This document shows positions 47,708-58,114 of a stretch of DNA of 64,000 bases, one piece after another. Each line of letters starts with the position of its first letter. Positions within the stretch are counted from its first letter, which is position 1. The position numbers and the translations under genes are program-made. The DNA is from Candidatus Bathyarchaeota archaeon (lineage in GTDB: Archaea > Thermoproteota > Bathyarchaeia > Bathyarchaeales > Bathycorpusculaceae), in assembly GCA_963826715.1 (NCBI GenBank), contig CAWGYA010000002.1, positions 472,263-536,262 of the forward strand, read 5' to 3'. The notes below the pieces were generated by a model. That model did not search any database. It was not told the origin of the DNA and worked only from the letters and a program-made list of their open reading frames with translations.

Positions 47708-48444
47708 CTTTTTATGATTGCTATTTTCTCAGTTGGCTTCTTAACTGGTATTTCAAAAGTTTTCTTTTTTGTGTATATTGTCCGCTCAGTGTCTTCCCCT
47801 TTAATCTCTAATTCAACAGTGACTTTATCATCAGTAAGCTTAACGTAACGGTCATATTCACTGCTGCTGCCCTGTATTCTATCTCCTGAATAGCCACGTG
47901 TGCTTTCAACAGGAAAGATAATGTAGTATCGGTCGTTTTTTCTAAGCTCCTTTTGTCTTTCGATGCCATCAAAGGACTTATTATCGAGTTTAAACCACAA
48001 ATACTTTAGTTGCCTGAATGTCTCCTCAGTTGTGGTAATAGTAGTTATTGTAGAATCGTCAGCCTCATCAAACAGGTTATAAGGTGTCGTGCGACCCACT
48101 AAAAGTACTGGTACTTCTTTGCCTTGTTTACTCTTAATTGAAAAAAGAACGTTACTGTTAAAACAAATTTTACTTCCAATATTTACTACTTCCACTCGAA
48201 GTTTGTAACCGCTTAATTTATCATCAATCTTTTCTTCAAGGAATTGCGGATTCTCAAGTTTAATATTTATTCTTGCTTTCTGATAGTAGTCTAAGGCATA
48301 GAAGAGAAATGGGCTTGCAACTGGAATTATTGAGAGTAGTAGCCCAGTGTCGATTGAGGACTGGAAATAGTAACTTAAGAAAAGTAGTGCTATAACTGAA
48401 AGGGCTACTATTGGAATAAGTATCTTCCACTTCAAGAGATTCAC
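47704..48444 (-). CDS. Protein with 2 N-terminal TM helices and a beta-rich soluble domain
   Basis: Hydrophobic residues ~7-52; starts 44 nt after the pAgo stop. Confidence 0.7.
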   Translation of the reverse strand: MNLLKWKILIPIVALSVIALLFLSYYFQSSIDTGLLLSIIPVASPFLFYALDYYQKARINIKLENPQFLEEKIDDKLSGYKLRVEVVNIGSKICFNSNVLFSIKSKQGKEVPVLLVGRTTPYNLFDEADDSTITTITTTEETFRQLKYLWFKLDNKSFDGIERQKELRKNDRYYIIFPVESTRGYSGDRIQGSSSEYDRYVKLTDDKVTVELEIKGEDTERTIYTKKKTFEIPVKKPTEKIAIIKS

Positions 48445-48488
48445 TTAGCCATTGATTACGCCATCAAGCGGTAATAAGATTTTGTGAC

Positions 48489-49922
48489 TTACATGTAATA
48501 ATAGTAATGAGGGTCAAGTTCTTTCAATTTCTTAGCTTCTTGTTCTGCGAGTACTCCACCGACTGAGCGAGACACTTGTATAGTTACAGGCATTCTCTTG
48601 CAGAACTGAGAAGAGTTCCAATCAAGTTTAGTGAACGCAAGTATCTCTTTGGCAATATCAATGATTGGTGTAGAAGAGTGTTCATCGGGTCTAATCACTA
48701 ATGGTCTGGGAACTCGATATCCTTGATAAGTTCCTAACACTGAGACGAAGCCATTTGTGAAAAGGTAGTACTCCTTCTTATCAGGTGGAGTTAACAATGT
48801 GCCTCTTAAAACTGGGTAAACGCATTTTTCGTTAAACAAACGCAAGGGATGCCCTTCTTCAATGGTTATCAAATCAACAGTTTTAACACCTTTAGATGCT
48901 TCTAACATTCCTTTCTTCTCTTCTTCCCAAAAGTTCGATGTTTTATGAATCACTAACCTACTTGGAAGACAATGGCGCACATCATCATACTGCTTCAATA
49001 TTTTTAAGACCACATTCTTTGCGTCTTCTTCAGTTAAGTGATTTTGCTCATCGCCCATACTATCGTTTAGTTGGTCTGCTCTTAGGATGAAGCTTTCTCC
49101 TGAATCAAGGAAGACCTGAGCCATTGATGCTTTAGACTGTCGAGTCTTTCTTTCGATATAGAAGGAGATTCCAGCATAACAGGTGTCTAGTTCGAATTCT
49201 GCTAACTTCCACGGATGACCTTTTTGTGACTTGTACAATAGACCTACTGTTAAGTTCCAAGCTACTTCTGAGAAGTCTTGAGTTTTCTTCCATCGGAGCG
49301 TGTTCGGATGGATTAATTGAGTTGGGACTTTTCTAATGATGCTATTGAGTTTAATTCTGTTGTGAAGGTCGCTGTCCTCTGTTTGAATCTTTTGTTTGTA
49401 ATCTGACCCAGAGGTGCATTTTTGATATATTTCATCAGGTATGCAGATGACTATTACATCGGGTGGCGTTTCCTTCCCATAGATTGTATCGATTTTTCTT
49501 TCAATTGTCTTGATTGTTTGTTCCATAGCATCATTTTTGTTTGGAGCGTTTACTATTTTGTCGATGTCTTCTTTCGTTATCAACTCTCTCCATCTTTTTT
49601 GGAGATTCATCGATATGTTGAGGGGAGAATCACTGCTTAATCCAGCAAATGGCATTTTCCATTTCTGTAGCTCAGAAGAGTTTTTCGGTTTTTGAGGTAG
49701 AATACGTTCTCTCATCTGTTGGAAGAAGCTTTGAAGTTCATTTATTGAGTAGTTGTCGCCAATTAGACCTATTCTCATGCTTATGTGGTGAGGTTTGCCT
49801 TCTGGTGTTCTTGGTCCGTACTTGATTAATCCTATGCGTGGGTCTTTGGCTTTACCTTCATTTCCGTTTTCGTCTATACCGAACATCAGGTCTGGTTCGT
49901 CAATGTGTTCGATTTTGAACAT
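48489..49922 (-). CDS. Short prokaryotic Argonaute (MID-PIWI only, catalytically inactive)
   Basis: EPDLMFG..DPRIGL..YGP; MID LHNRIK/TQL/YKS; PIWI CYAGISF, VIHKTS, VLRGT, TKLDWN, PVT; 477 aa without N or PAZ domains. Confidence 0.93.
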   Translation of the reverse strand: MFKIEHIDEPDLMFGIDENGNEGKAKDPRIGLIKYGPRTPEGKPHHISMRIGLIGDNYSINELQSFFQQMRERILPQKPKNSSELQKWKMPFAGLSSDSPLNISMNLQKRWRELITKEDIDKIVNAPNKNDAMEQTIKTIERKIDTIYGKETPPDVIVICIPDEIYQKCTSGSDYKQKIQTEDSDLHNRIKLNSIIRKVPTQLIHPNTLRWKKTQDFSEVAWNLTVGLLYKSQKGHPWKLAEFELDTCYAGISFYIERKTRQSKASMAQVFLDSGESFILRADQLNDSMGDEQNHLTEEDAKNVVLKILKQYDDVRHCLPSRLVIHKTSNFWEEEKKGMLEASKGVKTVDLITIEEGHPLRLFNEKCVYPVLRGTLLTPPDKKEYYLFTNGFVSVLGTYQGYRVPRPLVIRPDEHSSTPIIDIAKEILAFTKLDWNSSQFCKRMPVTIQVSRSVGGVLAEQEAKKLKELDPHYYYYM

Positions 49923-51307
49923 CAGAAATACTTCTCCATTAGTTGAGTTGATGCTATATCATTGCGTTCTTGACTATCTTGAGGTGGACTAAAGCTTCCA
50001 GTGAAGCTCGACAATTTTGTAGTTTCTAACAATGATTTCTTGTCGCACAGATAGTTAGACCACCATCTCATGTCTCCGAGTATCGATGTGTTGTTATCGT
50101 GCTTGTTTGGTGAGAACATGTCATGCAATGTTTTAGCTCCAATACCTGTAATGAGATTCTTGTCTTTATCGGTAAATAGAACAGTTGGAGTAAAGAAAAC
50201 GAACAATCTTTGACTATATATCTTGACTTCTATTTCTATTGCTTCATGTTTTACGAAAGGAGATTTTGTTTCACTGAATAATCTGGTGACCTGTTTATTG
50301 TCTACCTTAGTTAATTCTTTTGAATAGTCCATATGTGCGAAGAAAAGAAGGTCTGCTGACCTATATCGAACATACTTGCAATCTTTCGAAACTCCATAGT
50401 TTAGAAGGTATTTCTTGTAGAGAATTTGAAGAAGTGATAGCTTATCTGAGCCTTCAAGTATGAGACCTTCAAGAAGCCAATCGTCAGGATTAAACGTTTT
50501 GAGGGTATTTTCTCTGACTAGTTGCTTTGCTTTCTCGGGGAGATTGCTGTCTAAACTGTATAGGTATCGTTTTTTGGGGTGAATTGGTTGGTATCTTTCA
50601 ATAGCATCATAGATGTCTCCGTAGCGTACATTTTGGTAGAGTTCCCAGCAATAGATTTGTCCTTTGTATTTTGTGATTTCTGAGAAGTTACCGACTATCT
50701 GTTGCTTTTGCTTGAGGGGTGTCAGTTCTCTAAGGTAGTAATCGTATCCGTAAGTGAGATTAGTCTTGCCTTTCTTCTTTTCTTCGATTTTCATTAGAAG
50801 TATTTGATAATCCATTTGGTTAACATATGTGTCAGTGATAAACTTTCTAAAGGCGTCAAATCCTTCTTCTTGAATCTTCATTTGTGTCTCTGCATCTAAT
50901 TGGTCATTTGTTGACATAGATTCAAAGAAGGCTTTGCACGTTTTTTCATCATATAAATGAGCAGAAAATATTTGCTTCCATTTCGAGAGGTTTTTGAGTT
51001 TTCTAATATACATGTGAAAATCAAAGGGTTCTTTGTTAGATGTGTATAAGATGAAGTACCTTGCGAGTTCTGATAAGAAGTCTTTATCGCTTAAGCTGAC
51101 ATCGGCAAATTTTGTTTCGACATAGATGTCAGTGTTACCTTCTGTTTCGGGTTTTCTGAATATTAGGTCAGGTGTCATGCTCACATCAGAGGATTTCTTA
51201 ATTAGAATGTGACCTTCTAACTCCATTAACTCAATTACTTTATCTTGATAACCTTTCGCTGTAGTGTGAGAGACTTCTCTTCCACCTGACCAGTTGTAAA
51301 TAGGCAT
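49922..51307 (-). CDS. PD-(D/E)XK nuclease-APAZ partner of the short pAgo
   Basis: N-terminal PD..(x14)..ETK; C-terminal HEA..TPTVLFTD..NN..L.DMRWW APAZ-like pattern; 1-nt TGATG overlap with pAgo. Confidence 0.8.
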   Translation of the reverse strand: MPIYNWSGGREVSHTTAKGYQDKVIELMELEGHILIKKSSDVSMTPDLIFRKPETEGNTDIYVETKFADVSLSDKDFLSELARYFILYTSNKEPFDFHMYIRKLKNLSKWKQIFSAHLYDEKTCKAFFESMSTNDQLDAETQMKIQEEGFDAFRKFITDTYVNQMDYQILLMKIEEKKKGKTNLTYGYDYYLRELTPLKQKQQIVGNFSEITKYKGQIYCWELYQNVRYGDIYDAIERYQPIHPKKRYLYSLDSNLPEKAKQLVRENTLKTFNPDDWLLEGLILEGSDKLSLLQILYKKYLLNYGVSKDCKYVRYRSADLLFFAHMDYSKELTKVDNKQVTRLFSETKSPFVKHEAIEIEVKIYSQRLFVFFTPTVLFTDKDKNLITGIGAKTLHDMFSPNKHDNNTSILGDMRWWSNYLCDKKSLLETTKLSSFTGSFSPPQDSQERNDIASTQLMEKYF

Positions 51308-51683
51308 AGCTTCTTGTTGACTTCAATCGCTTAAGTGCTTTGTGACTACTTTGTTCATCTCATTCTTCACTTATCTTCACAATACACCTTTCTTCCCAAT
51401 GCTTTCTTTACCTACCTATTGAATCAGAGCATTGGTACAGGAGCACCTAAAGTCTCTCAAGAGGTCTTCAGAGGAGAAGCTTGTTGATTCCCATCTAAAC
51501 AAAGTATTATTTGCTATCCAGAAAACCAATCCTATTGCGTTTGTGTTTAGCTACACTTCAAAGTATTCTATTGTGTTATCATAACTTGAAACTACATGAT
51601 ATGTTAGCTACTCAACGATTCGTTGTAACTCTTGAACTACCTGTTCTATCTATGAAGACCTTTTCAAAAACCAAGGTTCACTT

Positions 51684-51977
51684 TTAACGTTCATTATTGT
51701 TCTTTAATTTTGGTGACCTATTATAGCCTATTTTTGGGTTGTTTGATTGATACTTAAGGATTAATTCAACTTCTTTTTTATTAACTTCTATATCAGTTGC
51801 ATCATTGGATTGCCAAATAACTTGCCTTCTTATCGTGAAGTCCTTTCTTTGTTCATCAGTGAAATCTGCTTCTAAGAGTTTGCTGTTTGGGCTTCCGAAA
51901 TATCGAAACGTGTTTGTTAAGTCTTTTCCGATGTAGATTTTACCGTTTGGATAAGTTATTTTATAAATTATTTTCAA
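51684..51977 (-). CDS. Stand-alone GIY-YIG nuclease
   Basis: IIYKITY..KIYIGK, YFGS, conserved E, GYN. Confidence 0.85.
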   Translation of the reverse strand: MKIIYKITYPNGKIYIGKDLTNTFRYFGSPNSKLLEADFTDEQRKDFTIRRQVIWQSNDATDIEVNKKEVELILKYQSNNPKIGYNRSPKLKNNNER

Positions 51978-52085
51978 GCTTATCAGTCAAATATTGGAGC
52001 AATCGGTATTTAGAATTTTAGATGTTAACCCTTTGCTATTTATCCAAGGAGAGCCTACTTCAGAAATCACAAGGTTAGCACATTG

Positions 52086-52301
52086 TTATATTTTCTTTTT
52101 GTTCGATTCTTTCTCACTTGTTACTTTCTTGATGTTTTCCCACATGTCTTCATAGGTTCGGTTGCTTGAAGCATCAGGAAAAAGCTTCTTGTAAGCTTGA
52201 TTGATTGCATTTGCAGTTGTCATGACATCAACGAAGCTCTCTTTATCCAAACCTTCAACTGCGGTCTTTAATACTTCAATCCAATGTTCTTTTTCACTCA
52301 A
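52086..52301 (-). CDS. Small hypothetical protein
   Basis: 71 aa, GAGG RBS, own TATA. Confidence 0.55.
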   Translation of the reverse strand: MSEKEHWIEVLKTAVEGLDKESFVDVMTTANAINQAYKKLFPDASSNRTYEDMWENIKKVTSEKESNKKKI

Positions 52302-52594
52302 TGTTTGAACCTCTACCCTCTTTTGTGGACCATCAGCTTAAGTGCTTTATGGAGTAGCCTTCTTCACCATTCTTCACCTGTTACAGTCATACTTCACCCC
52401 ACTTGGAAGCACAACCCAACTACTCCACGCATTGGTATAGAGGCATGAAATAGCACGTTTTCTTCTCCAAAAAGAGGGTCAGCGTTTTTTTGGCTTTTTT
52501 GAAGGTAAAAATTCTTTGATAGACGGTTAAATTCTGTTGTCTACACATTAGTTGGGTTCTAAACCTGTCGATTGTCTGTAGCACTATAGATTAG

Positions 52595-53755
52595 CTAGCT
52601 AACAAGTTCACCTGTGAAGGCTTGGGATATCAAAGCATTGAAGAGGCGATTTATCTCTTTTGTTGACTCTGTTTGACTATAGATAAGACGATTAGCTCTT
52701 TCTACAACTAATGCGAATCTATCTTGCAACTCTTTAGGTGGAGTTGGAACTTTAATACACTTAATGTCCCTTACAATTATCCTTCGAATTGCACTACCTG
52801 ACTTCATATCAATTGCTTGTTTCAGAATTGATTCATTCTTAAGTAGATATTCAAGGAATTTTTGATTAAGGATTTTTGAATCAGGTCGTAGAATAGCAAG
52901 AGAAGAAAGAATGATGAACTCTTTATGGAAATCGATGGATACTACCTTTCCCACAGTTCCATCTTTAGAAAAAAGTACATCGCCTATTTTTGGGTTACAT
53001 GTTCTTTTTAATTTTTCATAGCTTTCTCTCGATATATAGTTGCAGTTGGTAAAATCTATACCATTTTCCCCTACATTTCTAACTGTAATAAACGGTATAC
53101 CTTTCTCAATGAATGAAGGTGTGCCATGACTGCCATCTGAAATGTATGAACAAATATTCTCAAGCGATGAAATGGGATACTTATTAGGATTTTTTGAAGG
53201 CTCTCCAAACATTTGTAGGAAAACCGCTTTAGAAAGCTTGTTCGTCATTTGATTTGCTTGTTCACGTTTTTTAATCAGAGTATGTGCACTTTTTAATGTG
53301 GTTACAATTTTTCTTTGCTCTTCAATGCTGAAAATTGGAATTTCTACTTGTTTGACATCTTCTACCGATACTGCTGGATAAGAAGCGCCTTTAGCTTTAG
53401 ACATTAGAGATTTTATGAATACAGGCGTTCTGGTATAGTAGTAGAGATAGTCTGGGATTACTCGACCATTCGAGCGAAGAACGCAAAAGCCAGTGGAACA
53501 CACTTGGTTATCCAATTCCTTTGGCACTATTGCAGTAGCGTTCAAGTTAGGTCTGACTGTTGAAACAATAATGTCATTTTCGCTAATGCATTTACGTGCT
53601 CTGCTAGGAGCTTCAAAACCTTTCAATCGCTTATAATCGATAATTTCTCCTCTTTTATTATCTATGCTAGAAATGTCAACATAAAAGAATTCTTCATCGG
53701 GATTCTTTGTTGGGTCTACTAAATCAGTATCTACGACAACTTCTTTGATGCGCAT
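52595..53755 (-). CDS. hsdS: Type I R-M specificity subunit
   Basis: Two TRDs, EEQRKIV and PPKELQDRF conserved regions, C-terminal AFTGEL. Confidence 0.93.
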   Translation of the reverse strand: MRIKEVVVDTDLVDPTKNPDEEFFYVDISSIDNKRGEIIDYKRLKGFEAPSRARKCISENDIIVSTVRPNLNATAIVPKELDNQVCSTGFCVLRSNGRVIPDYLYYYTRTPVFIKSLMSKAKGASYPAVSVEDVKQVEIPIFSIEEQRKIVTTLKSAHTLIKKREQANQMTNKLSKAVFLQMFGEPSKNPNKYPISSLENICSYISDGSHGTPSFIEKGIPFITVRNVGENGIDFTNCNYISRESYEKLKRTCNPKIGDVLFSKDGTVGKVVSIDFHKEFIILSSLAILRPDSKILNQKFLEYLLKNESILKQAIDMKSGSAIRRIIVRDIKCIKVPTPPKELQDRFALVVERANRLIYSQTESTKEINRLFNALISQAFTGELVS

Positions 53756-53760
53756 ATGGA

Positions 53761-55269
53761 TTACCTGCTATCAGGTCTTTTATTCTGAGACAGCATTTCT
53801 TGAAGAGTAGTTGCATCTCTGACAATTTCATTCTCAATCTTCAGAATACTTTTAAGTAGTGTTTCAGGGTCTTCAAGTTCAACTTCTGCATGTTTAACCT
53901 GTTTGTACCGTGATATTGATAAGTTGAAATCTGCTTGTTTTATTTTATCGACAGATACGATTATACTCTGTTCCGATTCTTGCCGTTTGTGGAACTTATC
54001 AATGACATCAGGAATATCGCCCTTTCCATCGATGCGGTCACGTTTTTGGTCTAGACTGTAACCATCTTTTTGCATCTCATAGAACCAGACGTTCTCTGTC
54101 TTACCACCTTTAGTAAAGACTAGAACTGCTGTTCCAACACCTGAATAAGGTTGAAAAACCCCAGATGGCATTGATATTACAGCTTCAAGCTGACTTTTTT
54201 CCAGCAGAAGCTTTCTTGCTTGTATGTGTGCATTGGAAGAACCAAATAATACACCGTTTGGCACAATTACCGATGCTTTTCCACCCACTCTAAGCAGATT
54301 ATGGAATAGTTCTACAAAGAGTAGTTCAGTCTTTGTTGTGTCAAGCTTGAAACTATCGCTAATATCACTCTTGTCGATTGAACCAGCAAAAGGTGGATTA
54401 GCGAAGATTACGTCATAGATTGGCTTTTGCTCAAACTTCTTTGAGATAGTATCAGCATACTTTATGTTTGGTCTCTCGATTCCGTGAAGAATCATGTTCA
54501 TAAGACCAATACGTATCATCGTTGTGTCGAAATCATAGCCGTAGAATGTCTCTCTCTTGAGCAAGTTCCAGTGAGCTTTTTCAACTATCTTGTCACCTAC
54601 AAGGTTGTTAGCGACACCATCATCATCGATTTGCATGATTTCAGGAGAAGTGTACTTCTTGAGGATATGTTCATATGAACATATCAAGAATCCTGATGTG
54701 CCACATGCTGGGTCGCAGATTGTTTGACCGATGTCTGGGTCTACAAGCTCAACCATCATTCTAATTATGTGTCTTGGAGTACGGAATTGACCATTTAACC
54801 CAGAAGTCCTGAGTTGATTGAGAAGATACTCATACATGTCTCCCTGTGTATCTTGGTTTCTTTCGGTAATGTTCATCTCATCGATAATTGCAACTGCTTC
54901 CTGAAGCAGAGATGCTTTAGGGATAACAAACACTGCATCCTTCATATACTGACTATAGAGGGTGTCGTCACCGTTGTGGAGTTCTTTAATGAAGGGGAAT
55001 ACAGTGATTTGCACGTGTCTCAACATGTCTTCAGCGTTTAGGTGTTTCCACTGTGACCATCTGCAATCTTCATGACCTTCAAAGATAGAATTGTAGGCTT
55101 CTTTTCGTGCTGATGCTCTCTTCTGGTGAATAGTATCAAGGTCTTCGAGTCTTTTCATAAAGATTAGATACGACATCTGTTCTATTGCTGTTAGTGGATT
55201 AGCGATTCCACCCGACCAGAATCTATCCCACAGTTTGTTAATTTGAGATTTAAGCTCAGAAGCTAACAA
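53761..55269 (-). CDS. hsdM: Type I R-M methyltransferase
   Basis: GQFRTPRH, DPACGTSGFL, NPPF. Confidence 0.96.
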   Translation of the reverse strand: MLASELKSQINKLWDRFWSGGIANPLTAIEQMSYLIFMKRLEDLDTIHQKRASARKEAYNSIFEGHEDCRWSQWKHLNAEDMLRHVQITVFPFIKELHNGDDTLYSQYMKDAVFVIPKASLLQEAVAIIDEMNITERNQDTQGDMYEYLLNQLRTSGLNGQFRTPRHIIRMMVELVDPDIGQTICDPACGTSGFLICSYEHILKKYTSPEIMQIDDDGVANNLVGDKIVEKAHWNLLKRETFYGYDFDTTMIRIGLMNMILHGIERPNIKYADTISKKFEQKPIYDVIFANPPFAGSIDKSDISDSFKLDTTKTELLFVELFHNLLRVGGKASVIVPNGVLFGSSNAHIQARKLLLEKSQLEAVISMPSGVFQPYSGVGTAVLVFTKGGKTENVWFYEMQKDGYSLDQKRDRIDGKGDIPDVIDKFHKRQESEQSIIVSVDKIKQADFNLSISRYKQVKHAEVELEDPETLLKSILKIENEIVRDATTLQEMLSQNKRPDSR

Positions 55270-58075
55270 TAGGTATTTCCCTCTCCAAGTCTGTACATAG
55301 CTGTATTACTTCCTTTAAGTCTTCATCTTGAAATAGCGGAATCGGTGCTGTAACTCCGAAGTTTGTGAAGGGTGGCTCAAACAAGTCACTATATTCTATG
55401 TGATGTTTCTTCAGGAAAACCGACTGTATGGTTCTTAGAAAATTAACTTGGTCAGCGTTGAGGTAGTTCTTCTCAACCATGAAGGTCTTGAATGCATTTT
55501 CTATCTTCGTCTTTTGGTCAGGGAACTTGTACATTCCTAAGACAGTCTTGATGAATTGAACTAAAGTTCCCTCACCCTGTTTGAAGGCTTTCTGTAAGAC
55601 TTCTTCTGTGATGTAGAGGTCAGGACCATTAAGCGTGGTCTCTAAGTTCTTGAGGTCTTCTTCGGTGAGGACTTCATCTTTCTTTATCTTCAGAATTGTC
55701 GGATGCTTCTCTGCTAATAGTTTTATTTTTTGCTCCACCTTCTCAAGATAGGTCTTCACGTACTCTTGTGACGGTAGAGGTCCAAACTCGATGACTCCTG
55801 TTTCTTGGATAACATCGTCAATATCGAGAGTTATCGTAGGTCTGGGTTCAGGAAGCTTGAACTTCATCAAAGGTGCGAACTCTTGACCCATCATTTGTGC
55901 ATTTTCATACGTTATGCTGTCCCAGAATTCAGGTCTAAGAACCTCATTGAGCAATTGTTGTTTTGCCTTAACTTGATTGATTGTTAAAGGCAAACAGTTC
56001 AAATCTTCTCCGATGGCATCTCTTAGTCTTTCAATTTCAAGTGTATTCCTGTGAAGAATCGCTAAACTAAGCTGTTCAGTTCTCAATGTGAAGTATGCTT
56101 CATCTGGGTTAACGTCTTGCTTGTACTTCATTATCGGAGCTATCTTTGTCTTCATATGGTCTATTGGATTTAGTCCAACTGTGTTCCAGAAGTTAGGCGA
56201 TAATGCTTTCTCAACCTCTCTAATGTGCTCTTGAATTGACACCGATTCTAAAGGCAAAGAGTTGATGTCTTTTGTTAGCGTGGTCTTTACGACTTCTGCA
56301 CGGTTATCTTTACTTTTTAATAGGAAGTCCAGTTGGTACAGTCTTGTTACAAATATTTTTGTGGGAAGTGCTTCTGCTGGTTTAGCTTCTTTACCTTCAG
56401 GGTTCATTTTGAACCATTCGAAGTTCTTCCAGAAATCCATGATTAGGAAATATTCTTTTTTCTTGTTGGGTAACCAATGGCTGTGGGTTTCTTTGCATGT
56501 TTGGTCGGGTCTTGTTCCTCTTCCAATCATTTGCCAAAACTTTATCTTAGAAAAGACAGGTTTAGCGAAGGCTAAGTTGCAGACTTCAGGAATGTCTATT
56601 CCAGTATCCAACATGTCTACAGAGATAGCTATCTTTGGGAAATCATCATTTTTGAATTCACTGATGAGTTGTTGTGCTCTGCTATCCTCTGAGACAATTA
56701 TTCTTGCTAGTCGTCCCTTGTAGTGAGGGTATAGTTTTTCGAATGCTTCCCAGAGCCTATGAGCATGTTTCTTTGAGACAGCGAAGATTATTGACTTCGC
56801 TGGAAGAGTTCCTGTCTCATCCATAACGCAGTTGTCCATGAGCTCTTTGACTATTGCTTCGTTTGTTCCTACTACTACAACCTTCTTTTCTATGTCTGTA
56901 CCTTCGAAGTCAAGTTCATCTTCATCAATACCTGTTTCTTCTAAGACCTTCTTCTTGACTGCATCAGGTATGTCTTCGGGTTTGATGCCTTCAATTTGGA
57001 AATGCGTTTGTGCATAGTAGACTTGGAAGTCAACAAGGTATTTTTCTGCAACAGCTTGGTCGTATGTATAGAGGAATGTTGGTCTTCCACCTTCGCACTC
57101 AAAGAACCTGAAGGTGTCTCTTTCTATTAGGTCGCAAGGTGTTGCTGTTAACCCTATTTGTATCGCATCAAAGTAGGTGAAGACTTCTTTCCACTTGTTG
57201 TATATTGACCTGTGAGCTTCGTCTGAGATTATGACATCGAAGTCGCCACATGAAAATTGTTGATAACACTCCATGAAAGTTTGAATTGTGGATGCATACA
57301 GTCTTGAGGTTTTATCAACTGTTCCACTGAAGACTTTGATTTTTGATTCATTGGGGAAGAAGGTTTTGAAGCCTAAATCACCGTAAGCTTGGTCTCTGAG
57401 AGCTTTGCGGTCTGCTAAGAAGAGAATACGTTGTGCTCTGTTAGACCTTAACAAAACATCGATTAGTGCCATTGCAACTCTGGTTTTTCCTGTTCCAGTT
57501 GCTTGCACAAGAAGGAATTTTCGTTTGCCTTTCTCAATTCCTTCTATGACTCTTTTGACAGATTCTACTTGGTAGGGTCTATCGATAATTTCTTTTTTAA
57601 TTGGTACATCTTGGAAGTCTTTCTTTGAGATGTTTTGGAATCTGATGCGTTCTAAAGAATTTCTATCGTGGAATCCTTTGACCATACGTGGGTTTTCATA
57701 TGGCTTGTTCCAAAACCAGATATCATAGCCATTGGTTAGAAAGATGAAGGTGTCTTTTCCTGTCTGTTTCTTGATGTCTTCAACATAGCCTTCGGCTTGT
57801 CGTTGACCTAAGATTGAGTCTTTTGAAGTTCTCTTAGCTTCTATGACGGCAAGAGGCATACCCTTAGAATCAAGCAAAAGATAATCTGCATATGCGTGTT
57901 CTTCAAGGTTTTTGAGTGTTTCAGACACAGTCTTGTATTTGCCTGAGTTGAAGTCTGATTGTTTAGTGTCCACTTCTTCGTAGACTTTTGTTCTATCTCT
58001 GACAAGCCATCCTGACTTCTCAAGCATCTTGTCAATTTTGTCTTTCCGAGTTCGATATTCTGAAGGACTATCCAT
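55256..58075 (-). CDS. hsdR: Type I R-M restriction subunit (EcoEI/EcoAI-like)
   Basis: ADY..IEAK nuclease, ATGTGKT, DEAHRS, TAT, QMIGRGTR. Confidence 0.96.
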   Translation of the reverse strand: MDSPSEYRTRKDKIDKMLEKSGWLVRDRTKVYEEVDTKQSDFNSGKYKTVSETLKNLEEHAYADYLLLDSKGMPLAVIEAKRTSKDSILGQRQAEGYVEDIKKQTGKDTFIFLTNGYDIWFWNKPYENPRMVKGFHDRNSLERIRFQNISKKDFQDVPIKKEIIDRPYQVESVKRVIEGIEKGKRKFLLVQATGTGKTRVAMALIDVLLRSNRAQRILFLADRKALRDQAYGDLGFKTFFPNESKIKVFSGTVDKTSRLYASTIQTFMECYQQFSCGDFDVIISDEAHRSIYNKWKEVFTYFDAIQIGLTATPCDLIERDTFRFFECEGGRPTFLYTYDQAVAEKYLVDFQVYYAQTHFQIEGIKPEDIPDAVKKKVLEETGIDEDELDFEGTDIEKKVVVVGTNEAIVKELMDNCVMDETGTLPAKSIIFAVSKKHAHRLWEAFEKLYPHYKGRLARIIVSEDSRAQQLISEFKNDDFPKIAISVDMLDTGIDIPEVCNLAFAKPVFSKIKFWQMIGRGTRPDQTCKETHSHWLPNKKKEYFLIMDFWKNFEWFKMNPEGKEAKPAEALPTKIFVTRLYQLDFLLKSKDNRAEVVKTTLTKDINSLPLESVSIQEHIREVEKALSPNFWNTVGLNPIDHMKTKIAPIMKYKQDVNPDEAYFTLRTEQLSLAILHRNTLEIERLRDAIGEDLNCLPLTINQVKAKQQLLNEVLRPEFWDSITYENAQMMGQEFAPLMKFKLPEPRPTITLDIDDVIQETGVIEFGPLPSQEYVKTYLEKVEQKIKLLAEKHPTILKIKKDEVLTEEDLKNLETTLNGPDLYITEEVLQKAFKQGEGTLVQFIKTVLGMYKFPDQKTKIENAFKTFMVEKNYLNADQVNFLRTIQSVFLKKHHIEYSDLFEPPFTNFGVTAPIPLFQDEDLKEVIQLCTDLEREIPIVSF

Positions 58076-58114
58076 CCAAACTCACGTATTGCCGATAATG
58101 TAGTTAGCGATTGC

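Noticed and set aside
48489-49922. Catalytically active long Argonaute
   Set aside because: No N or PAZ domains, and the DEDX residues are substituted
51545-51640. Degenerate ~50-bp tandem duplication (TTAGCTAC..TTGAA(A)CTAC)
   Set aside because: Only two poorly matching copies and no functional clue
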